In this document: positions 28,211 through 35,991 of the stretch, in pieces
How the letters are laid out: every line of letters begins with the position of its first letter
Position numbering within the stretch: position 1 is the first letter of the stretch
Assembly: GCA_050633245.1 (NCBI GenBank)
Contig: JBOEGD010000016.1
Coordinates: 26,746-90,745 of the forward strand
Direction: 5' to 3'
Source: Calditrichia bacterium
Lineage (GTDB): Bacteria > Calditrichota > Calditrichia > RBG-13-44-9 > J075
Length of the DNA: 64,000 nt
Position numbers and translations under genes: made by a program
The notes under the pieces: generated by a model
Told to the model about the DNA's origin: nothing
The model's database searches: none
The model's input: only the letters and a program-made list of their open reading frames with translations

Positions 28211-29305
28211 CTACAATTCCTCGTCATTTTTTTGCCCCAGAAACACAGGTGTATCCGCACCGTCAAGATTACGCATATCAAGCGCATTGCAACCGATTTC
28301 ATATGCTATTTTATAAGACTTTCCGGCACCCAGAGTATCATAAAACGCAACCGAAAATTCTATCGCTGCCTGCTGCTCAATTTTGTTGCTCATACCAATA
28401 ACGCAGGGAATGTGTGCGCTAATTGCCCTGGCCTGTGGTTCAGAATAACAAGCATTGAGTATGACGCACTCAATATTCTCGCTCAGTATACCCAACAAAT
28501 TTGCCAATGCAGCCTCACCTATCGGCTTTCCGAGTCCATTTTCATCCTCTAGTAGAACGGCGCTCTTATTCTCAGAACGCATACCGTGTCCGCTAAAATG
28601 CACGATATTCGGCTCCTCATCTAAAATAGCACGGCGTAAGTCTGTAGTGCGAACCGCCATTCGCGTTACCAGCTCAAACTCATCGCGACGATTTGCACGG
28701 CGAAGGCCCTCCTCTATCTCGCGGATTTCCTCGGCGATGCGCAGCGGATCCTGATCAATCGGCTGGGCAGCCAGCACCAGAATTTTACGCTTTTTCTTAT
28801 TTGCGGTATGATTCTTATTGGATCGTTTATCGATGGTCACTTGCGCAGCATCACCGGTAATATTGATTTGATCACCTTCTACCTGCGTTGTGCTTTGATC
28901 GACAGTATAGTCACCCGTTACCTTCCCTGGCGAGTTTTGACCATGCGTTGTAATGGTATCACCATAACTGACGTTCTGTACATTGCCATCGCCCTGCTGG
29001 TTGGGGCTATTGGTAAACTGGTTACCGCTTTGGGAATAGTGCTTTTTAGGTTGAATCTCTTTCATTAGCTGTTGCAGCACCGTATTGCTCTCTACATAGG
29101 CTTCAAAATACTTGGCGCTTTTGCGATCTGTCTCACTGGCCTTCATTGCCTCTTCGACAATAGCCGTTAGCTGCTCCTCGCTGATCAGAAACTTCTGTAG
29201 TCGTTCGCGCAGGAATTGTTTGGTTACACTTCCGGCGGCCTTTACAGCGTCATAACAAATTCCGCCTAGCACAGCGGAGGTGAGAAATGCGTTTACTCCG
29301 TCCAT
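28211..29305 (-). CDS. Putative effector: N-terminal helical domain, Q/N/G/T-rich linker and CHAT (caspase/HetF-like) protease
   Basis: 'KILVLAAQP...LRI.EE.REI', catalytic His in IVHFSGHG (aa 240), Cys in VILNACYS (aa 286), 'VIGM', 'FY..L..G'. Confidence 0.9.
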   Translation of the reverse strand: MDGVNAFLTSAVLGGICYDAVKAAGSVTKQFLRERLQKFLISEEQLTAIVEEAMKASETDRKSAKYFEAYVESNTVLQQLMKEIQPKKHYSQSGNQFTNSPNQQGDGNVQNVSYGDTITTHGQNSPGKVTGDYTVDQSTTQVEGDQINITGDAAQVTIDKRSNKNHTANKKKRKILVLAAQPIDQDPLRIAEEIREIEEGLRRANRRDEFELVTRMAVRTTDLRRAILDEEPNIVHFSGHGMRSENKSAVLLEDENGLGKPIGEAALANLLGILSENIECVILNACYSEPQARAISAHIPCVIGMSNKIEQQAAIEFSVAFYDTLGAGKSYKIAYEIGCNALDMRNLDGADTPVFLGQKNDEEL

Positions 29306-29331
29306 TGATATTCCTTTTTATTGGGATACAC

Positions 29332-31509
29332 CTACATTTTCTTGCTAATTCGATCTATAAAATCCTGAATTTTCTGATGATAAGGATGCTCTTCCGGCAA
29401 GGCGGCATGGTAAATTTCTGCTGCCCGAGAGCAGTAATTCAGGGCAGCTTCGAAATGCCTCATATCCTCTAAGATAGACCCCATTACCCAGCAGGACAGT
29501 GCTAAATCAGGATGATTCGCATGCAAAACCGGCTCACGAATTTTTAATGCCTTCTGTTGCGCATCCAACGCATCTTCTAAACGACCCAAAGAACGATAAA
29601 CCGTCGACAGATTGCTGTAAGATGTGGCTAAGTCAGGATGCCTCTCATCCAAAATAGCTCCAAAAATCTCATGCGCCTTTAGCTGCACTTCCAACCCATC
29701 TTCTAAACGATCCAAAGACTGATAAATAGACGAAAGGTTGTTGTAGGACTGTGCTAAAGAAGGATGAGTCGCATCTAAAACGGACTCACGGATGTTCACT
29801 GCCTTCTGTTGCGCTTCCAACCCATCTTCTAAACGACCCAAAGAAAGATAAACCGTCGACAGATTGTTGTAGGAGGTAGCTAAAGAAGGGTGAGTTGCAT
29901 CTAAAACGGACATTTTAATCTTTAATGCCTTCTGCTGTGACTCCAGCGCATCCTCAAAACGCCCCAAAGAATTATAAATCAACGACAGATTGTTGTAGGA
30001 CTGTGCTATGTCTGGATGATCCACACCCAAAACGGACTCACGACAATTCAAAGCCTTCTGCTGCGACTCTAGCGCATCCTCAAAACGCCCCAAAGAATTA
30101 TAAATCAACGACAGATTGTTGTAGGAGTTGGCCAGTGAAAGATCATCAGCCTCTAGCAGCTTTTCTTCAATGTCTATTCCGCGCAGCTGCACCTCAAGAG
30201 AGTCAGTTATTCGTCCAAAATGGTAATAAATCCAAGCCAGGCGTTCCATAAATCTCGCCAACGAGGTATTAGCGTCCGTCAAATAAGACACCATATCCTC
30301 TGCATAAGGAACAAGACTTGCCTTTGCAAGCGGATTGTCTCCAGGCTGGACGGTTAGTAAGTTTGTCAGCGATTCGATCAGCTTGCTACACCCCCCCGCA
30401 GTGGGTTTCAACCGCTCCCGTGCCACCGCAGCAATAATTGGGTGCAAAAAGACTTCAAAACCTTCCTGCTCAGACAGCCAGCCTTTGGCGACTAGTGAAG
30501 TAAGGGTATCGCTAATGTCATCCTGTAGCCAGTCGCTGAGCATTTGTGCTTCCATTGGCTCAGAAGGCAATACGCATAGGTTAGCAAGTACGTGGGCTTC
30601 TTCTGCAGATAGACCTTCCATGTTAAAAACGTTATTCAGGTGCTCAAAAAGCTTCTTCTCATCAATTTGATCATGCCAGAGGGTCTTAACCTTTTTCGGC
30701 AGAGCTTCATTTAGGTTAAAGCCGATCTCCTTCAGACGTTCCAGCAGTACGGTAATACTTATTTTGGCATGGTTGGCCGTCTTGGCAAGCAGCTCGACAG
30801 TCAACGTATGCTGCCCGGCAAGGTCGATTATCTCCTCCAGCGTTTCCACATCGCGCTTGCCCTTATAGAAGCGATAGAAAATCTCTCTGCAGCTTTCCAC
30901 ATCCAGAAATCCCAGTGGATAGCTCTCAAAACCTGCCAGCTGCAGCCGCGAGCTGGTTACCACCTTTAGCGGCAGGCCGCGCAGGTTGGCCAGATCAGCG
31001 TCTTCTGCATCAAGAATGTCATCGACAACCAGCAAAGACTTTACGGGCAGATTTGCAATCAAATGCATAATAAGCGCAAACTGTTCGTCGAGCGTTTGGC
31101 CCTGCTGAGGCGTAAATACCTCTGCGCTAATCGCCCGAACCAAAGACTCACGAAAGCTGCCAAAATAGTCTACCCACAGCAAATGATCAAAATTCGTCTT
31201 CTGTTCATGGAAAAAATGACGGCACAGCTCAGTCTTGCCTATGCCACCCAGGCCATTCACTACCACCACTGCTCCGGCATCATTCAGCGAGGTTTCCAGC
31301 TGGCGCAAATCTTCTTTCCGACCAACAAAACCCGCATTCTGCGGAGGTGTTCCGGTGAGGAATTTCGGTAATAGTTTATCACCGGAAATATACTGGTTTA
31401 TGATGTTTCCATAGTGAACGCGCTGAGTTCCACCATCGCCCTGCATATTGGGGCTTTGGATAAAGGCATTGTCAGCCTGCTCTTGCTCTTTTGGTTTCTT
31501 CTTTGGCAT
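29332..31509 (-). CDS. NB-ARC (STAND) ATPase + TPR, NLR-like receptor (here NLR-C)
   Basis: FVGRKEDL, Walker A GLGGIGKT, Walker B LLVVDD, 42-aa TPRs of the HPxxAxSYNNLS type. Confidence 0.92.
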   Translation of the reverse strand: MPKKKPKEQEQADNAFIQSPNMQGDGGTQRVHYGNIINQYISGDKLLPKFLTGTPPQNAGFVGRKEDLRQLETSLNDAGAVVVVNGLGGIGKTELCRHFFHEQKTNFDHLLWVDYFGSFRESLVRAISAEVFTPQQGQTLDEQFALIMHLIANLPVKSLLVVDDILDAEDADLANLRGLPLKVVTSSRLQLAGFESYPLGFLDVESCREIFYRFYKGKRDVETLEEIIDLAGQHTLTVELLAKTANHAKISITVLLERLKEIGFNLNEALPKKVKTLWHDQIDEKKLFEHLNNVFNMEGLSAEEAHVLANLCVLPSEPMEAQMLSDWLQDDISDTLTSLVAKGWLSEQEGFEVFLHPIIAAVARERLKPTAGGCSKLIESLTNLLTVQPGDNPLAKASLVPYAEDMVSYLTDANTSLARFMERLAWIYYHFGRITDSLEVQLRGIDIEEKLLEADDLSLANSYNNLSLIYNSLGRFEDALESQQKALNCRESVLGVDHPDIAQSYNNLSLIYNSLGRFEDALESQQKALKIKMSVLDATHPSLATSYNNLSTVYLSLGRLEDGLEAQQKAVNIRESVLDATHPSLAQSYNNLSSIYQSLDRLEDGLEVQLKAHEIFGAILDERHPDLATSYSNLSTVYRSLGRLEDALDAQQKALKIREPVLHANHPDLALSCWVMGSILEDMRHFEAALNYCSRAAEIYHAALPEEHPYHQKIQDFIDRISKKM
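29927..30126. repeat. Near-identical TPR-coding direct repeat with 126-bp period in NLR-C
   Basis: SYNNLSLIYNSLGRFEDALESQQKAL is encoded twice, 126 nt apart, with only a couple of synonymous differences. Confidence 0.85.
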
Positions 31510-31524
31510 CGTATAAACCTATTT

Positions 31525-33594
31525 TTATTCTTTCGTCTCGTCCAGTTTCTCCCTGTAGGATTGTAAATTATGAAATGCGATATCAAGATGAGGATGCCCA
31601 CCCGTAAAATTTTTTTGCCAAATCTGCAAGGCCCTTTCTTCAAACACCACTGCAAAATTATAGCTTTCCATGACCGCGTAAATACTCGCAAGGTTGTGAT
31701 AAGACTGCGCTAAGTCCGGGTGATCACCAGACAAAGTTGAGCCACGTATTTCAACCGATTTCTGCTGCATTTCCAAAGCCTCAGCGAAACAATATAACCC
31801 CTTATAAATAAGCGACAGGTTATTGTAGGACGTCGCTAGATTAGGATGATCCACACCCATAACCGAGATATAAATTTTATGTGCTTTCTTCTGCGTAGCC
31901 AACGCCTCGTCCAAACGTCCCATTGATTCAAAAATAAGTGACAAATTGTTGTAAGAGGTTGCTAAATTAGGGTGATCAGAGGGCAACGCCGACTCGAATA
32001 TGTCAATTGCTTTCTGCTGGGAAGCCAGTGCATTATCTAAACGACTCAAAGAACGATAAATTAGCGACAAATTATTGTAGGAGCTTCCTAAGTCAAGGTG
32101 ATCGGGTGGTAATAGTAACTCACTAATTTTAAGATCTTTCAGCTGCGACGCAAGCGCATCATCCAAACGCCCTAAAGAAAGATAAATTTGCGACAGGTCG
32201 TTATAGGAATCAGCCAATAAGGCATCGGTGCTATGAAGGAGCTGCTCTCGAATAGCAACGGAGCGTAGCTGCACCCTGAGGGATTCATTTAACTTTCCAA
32301 TTCCACGATATACCCAGCCCAAATAATACCCCAATGTCGCCAAGATTAGATGATCTTCGTTAAGATGGTTAAACAGTTCCTGACTGTAGGGAAGAAAAAT
32401 TGATTTACTAATTGGATTATCCCCCGGCTTCATTTCAAGTTTACTGATAAGCGAGTTGACCAAGATATTACAAGACATTGCCTTTGGCTTCAGCCGTTCC
32501 CGAGCCACGGCAGCAATAATTGGGTGCAAAAACACTTCAAAACCTTCCTGCTCAGACAGCCAGCCTTTGGCGACTAGTGAAGTGAGGGTATCGCTAATGT
32601 CATCCTGTAGCCAGTCGCTTAGTATTGCGGCTTCCATAGGCTCAGACGGCAATACACATAGATTAGCCAGCACGTAGGCTTCCTCTTCTGACAGGCTGTC
32701 CATTGCAAAAACGTTGTTTAAATGCTCAAAAAGCTTCTTTTCATCGACCTGCTCATGCCAGAGCATCTTCACGTTCTTTGGCAAGGCCTCATTCAGATTA
32801 AAGCCGATATCTATCAGGCGTTCAAACAGAACGGCAATGCTGATTTTTGCATGGTTGGCCGTCTTGGCAAGCAGCTCGACGGTCAGAGTATGCTGCCCGG
32901 TAAGATCGATCACGGCATCCAGCGTTTCCTCATCGCGCTTGCCGTTGTAAAAGCGATAGAAAACTTCCCGGCAGCTTTCAACGTCCAGAAATCCCAACGG
33001 ATAGCTTTCAAAACCTTCCAGCTGTAGACGTGAGCTGGTAACCACCTTTAGCGGCAGGCCGCGCAGTGCGGCCAGATCAGCGTCTTCTGCATCAAGAATG
33101 TCATCAACCAGCAGTAATGACTTTTCCGGCAAGTCGGCAAGAATAAGCATCACCTGCTCAAACTGTTCATTTAATGTTTGCCCCTCTCGCGGTCTGAATA
33201 CGTCTGTTCTAATAGCACGTACTAATGATTCCCGAAAGTTGCCGAGATAATCTACCCAGAGCAGGTGCTCAAACTTCGCCTGCTGTTCATGAAAAAAATG
33301 CCGGCACAGCTCGGTTTTGCCAATTCCACCCAGGCCATTCACCACCACCACTGCTCCGGCATCATTCAGCGAGGTTTCCAGCTGACGCAGATCTTCCTCC
33401 CGACCAAAGAAACCTGCATTCTGCGGTGGCGTGCCGGTGAGGAATTTGGGCAGCGGTTTTTCACCGGAAATATATTGATTTATGATATTTCCATAGTGAA
33501 CGTGCTGCGTATTGCCATCGCCCTGCTGATTCGGGCTTTGGCTAAAGGCATTAGCGCTCTGCTCTTGCTTTTTTGGCTTCTTTTTTGACGACAT
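31525..33594 (-). CDS. NB-ARC (STAND) ATPase + TPR, NLR-like receptor (here NLR-B)
   Basis: FFGREEDL, GLGGIGKT, LLLVDD, 42-aa TPRs; paralogue of both neighbours. Confidence 0.92.
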   Translation of the reverse strand: MSSKKKPKKQEQSANAFSQSPNQQGDGNTQHVHYGNIINQYISGEKPLPKFLTGTPPQNAGFFGREEDLRQLETSLNDAGAVVVVNGLGGIGKTELCRHFFHEQQAKFEHLLWVDYLGNFRESLVRAIRTDVFRPREGQTLNEQFEQVMLILADLPEKSLLLVDDILDAEDADLAALRGLPLKVVTSSRLQLEGFESYPLGFLDVESCREVFYRFYNGKRDEETLDAVIDLTGQHTLTVELLAKTANHAKISIAVLFERLIDIGFNLNEALPKNVKMLWHEQVDEKKLFEHLNNVFAMDSLSEEEAYVLANLCVLPSEPMEAAILSDWLQDDISDTLTSLVAKGWLSEQEGFEVFLHPIIAAVARERLKPKAMSCNILVNSLISKLEMKPGDNPISKSIFLPYSQELFNHLNEDHLILATLGYYLGWVYRGIGKLNESLRVQLRSVAIREQLLHSTDALLADSYNDLSQIYLSLGRLDDALASQLKDLKISELLLPPDHLDLGSSYNNLSLIYRSLSRLDNALASQQKAIDIFESALPSDHPNLATSYNNLSLIFESMGRLDEALATQKKAHKIYISVMGVDHPNLATSYNNLSLIYKGLYCFAEALEMQQKSVEIRGSTLSGDHPDLAQSYHNLASIYAVMESYNFAVVFEERALQIWQKNFTGGHPHLDIAFHNLQSYREKLDETKE

Positions 33595-33615
33595 AGTATG
33601 GACCTAGTTTTGTTG

Positions 33616-35559
33616 CTATTTCGTCTCATCCAGTTTCTCTTGATAGGATTGCAAAGCACTGGATGAACTGTCAACGTGAGGGTGCCCATCAGGAAAGTTC
33701 ACCTCAAGTATTTGCAGGGCCTTCGCTTCGAGTTCTAGTGCCTTCTGGTAATTTTTCTGCACTGCATAAATGCCGGCTAGGTTGTGATAGGAAATCGCTA
33801 AATGAGGATGAGCCGTATCCAAAACAATTTCAGCAATTTTGTGCGCTTTCTCTTGCGTAGCCGACGCCTCGTCCAAACGCCCCAAAGAACGATAAATCAG
33901 TGACAGATTGTTGTAGGACCCCGCTACATGGGGATGAGTCGAATCCAAAGCCGACTTAAGTATTTTGTGCGCTTTCTCTTGCGCAGCCAATGCCTCATCC
34001 AAACGACTCAAAGAACGATAAATCAGTGACAGATTGTTGTAGGACGTCGCTAATAAAGGATGATTTGCTTCCAACACTGACTCGCTGATTTCAATATCCT
34101 TCTGCTGCGCAGCCAATGCCTCATCCAAACGCCCCAAAGACTGAAAGGTTAGTGCCAAATTGGAATAGGATGAAGCCAGAGAATTATCATTATTTTCTAA
34201 CAGCCGCTCTTCGATCTCAAGCCCACGGTGTTGAACTTTTAGAGAGTCTTCTAACCTTCCAAGATCGCGGTAAACCCAAGCCAGGTGAAACATCAATTTT
34301 GCCACCAGCGTACTATCTTCATTCAATTGATCGACCAGTTTTTGCGCAAAGGGCACATAGCCGGCACGACGAAGTGGATTATCTTCCGGCTCAACAGTCA
34401 GCTTTATTGTAAGCGATTCGATCAGCTTCCTACAGGTGTCGGGAGTGGGCTCTAACAGTTCGCGAGCCACTGCGGCAATAATCGGGTGCAAAAACACTTC
34501 AAAACCTTCCTGCTCAGACAGCCAGCCTTTAGCTGTGAGGGCAGTCAGCGTATCGCTGAGATCCTTTTTCAGCCAGTCGCTTAAGGTCTGGGCTTCCAAT
34601 GGTTCAGACGGCAGCACACAGAAATTAGACAAAACCTCGACCTCGTCGTCAGTAAGGTCCTCCATTGCAAAGACGTTTCTTAAGTGCTCAAAGAGCTTCT
34701 TTTCATCAATCTCGTCATGCCAGAGCGTCTTTACGTTCTTCGGTAGAGCCTCATTCAGGTTAAAGCCGATCTCCTTCAAGCGTTCAACCAGATCCGCAAT
34801 GCTGATTTTGGCATGATTGGCTGTCTTGGCCAAAAGCTCGACGGTAAGCGTATGCTGCCCGGCAAGGTCGATAATCTCCTCCAGCGTTTGCTCATCGCGC
34901 CTGCCCTTGTAAAAGCGATAGAAAATCTCTTTGCAGCTTTCCATATCCAGAAATCCCAGCGGATAGCTTTCAAAGCCTTCCAGCTGTAAGCGCGAGCTGC
35001 TAACCACCTTTAGCGGCAGGCTGCGCAAGGCCGCTAAATCGGGATCATTAACATCATCAATATCATCAACAACCAGCAGGGTCTTCCTCGGCAAATTGGT
35101 AGCCAGCCCCATAACCAGCGCAAACTGCTCATCCAGAGTCTGCCCTTCGGTTGGCATAAATACTTCGGATCGCATTACCCGCACCAAAGACTCGCGGAAG
35201 CTACCGAGATAATCCACCCACAGCAGGTGCGTAAACTGCTCTTTCTGCCGGTGAAAAAACTGCCGGCACAGCTCGGTTTTGCCAATCCCGCCCAGACCGT
35301 TCACCACAACCACCGCCCCGGCACTGTTCAGCGTATTTTCCAACTGCGCGAGGTCTTCCTCCCGGCCAAAAAAGCCGGCATTTTGCGGTGGCGTACCGGT
35401 AAGAAATTTGGGCAGCGGCTTTTGCTGCGGAAGATTGTTAATCGTGCGCTTATCAATATTTACGGATGCCTGTTCACCGCTAATATTTAGCTGGTCATTG
35501 GCAATTTTAGTTTTTGAGTGGCTGACAGAAGTCTGTTGAGGCTTTTTCTTTTTTGCCAA
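33616..35559 (-). CDS. NB-ARC (STAND) ATPase + TPR, NLR-like receptor (here NLR-A)
   Basis: TTG start with GGGAG RBS; FFGREEDL, GLGGIGKT, LLVVDD, 42-aa TPRs. Confidence 0.92.
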   Translation of the reverse strand: MAKKKKPQQTSVSHSKTKIANDQLNISGEQASVNIDKRTINNLPQQKPLPKFLTGTPPQNAGFFGREEDLAQLENTLNSAGAVVVVNGLGGIGKTELCRQFFHRQKEQFTHLLWVDYLGSFRESLVRVMRSEVFMPTEGQTLDEQFALVMGLATNLPRKTLLVVDDIDDVNDPDLAALRSLPLKVVSSSRLQLEGFESYPLGFLDMESCKEIFYRFYKGRRDEQTLEEIIDLAGQHTLTVELLAKTANHAKISIADLVERLKEIGFNLNEALPKNVKTLWHDEIDEKKLFEHLRNVFAMEDLTDDEVEVLSNFCVLPSEPLEAQTLSDWLKKDLSDTLTALTAKGWLSEQEGFEVFLHPIIAAVARELLEPTPDTCRKLIESLTIKLTVEPEDNPLRRAGYVPFAQKLVDQLNEDSTLVAKLMFHLAWVYRDLGRLEDSLKVQHRGLEIEERLLENNDNSLASSYSNLALTFQSLGRLDEALAAQQKDIEISESVLEANHPLLATSYNNLSLIYRSLSRLDEALAAQEKAHKILKSALDSTHPHVAGSYNNLSLIYRSLGRLDEASATQEKAHKIAEIVLDTAHPHLAISYHNLAGIYAVQKNYQKALELEAKALQILEVNFPDGHPHVDSSSSALQSYQEKLDETK

Positions 35560-35821
35560 GGCTGGTTGCTCCCTATTGCTTTATGCAACGTTTATCCAGC
35601 TCGCCTGTCCTGGAATCAGCAGTAACACGTTGCTGACACAAAATTCAGGTAGGTCTATGATTGTCACTACTTTAATAGGTGCAGATATAGGGGAGATTTC
35701 GCAAAAAGATATAATTTTTTTGCTAAAATTTCAAGGCTTGAAAAAACCAGTCGCATCCTTTTTAGCAGTTCGCATGAGAATATAGATATTTATTGCTGAG
35801 GAAAATATCTGCAGGATCTCC

Positions 35822-35850
35822 GTCAGCATCTCGACTCTGCTCGATGTGAT
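35822..35850. repeat. Possible REP-like palindromic element
   Basis: CATCTCGACTCTGCTCGATGTGA imperfect palindrome resembling REPs recalled from FCB-group genomes; only one copy in this window. Confidence 0.3.
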
Positions 35851-35926
35851 AAACGGATCAAACAGGTTAAGACCAATTTGTTCTGTTGTTCATAGTTTAT
35901 AAGCAAATTAAGATGAGGTAGCAAAC

Positions 35927-35960
35927 AAAAAAGGAGGCTCCGCAAATTGCAGAGCCTCCT
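35927..35960 (-). terminator. Intrinsic terminator of the fad operon
   Basis: AGGAGGCTC..GCAA/TTGC..GAGCCTCCT stem with an A-tract on the left (U-tail on the minus strand). Confidence 0.8.
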
Positions 35961-35991
35961 CGAGTAAAGATCTAATCATGATTTTAGAAGA

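Noticed and set aside
29925-30251. Plus-strand ORF with an internal repeat (AHPQNAPKNYKSTTDCCR x2)
   Set aside because: It is the antisense shadow of the NLR-C TPR duplication. The similar repeated antisense ORFs at 30335, 32456 and 34436 likewise mirror NLR paralogy.
29400-34300. TPR repeats as a CRISPR array or DGR variable region
   Set aside because: The repeats are in-frame 126-bp coding units without unique spacers. No cas or reverse transcriptase gene and no adenine-specific template/variable pair was seen.
27800-35900. NLR operon as a mobile island or prophage cargo
   Set aside because: No integrase, transposase, tRNA or flanking direct repeats were found by eye.
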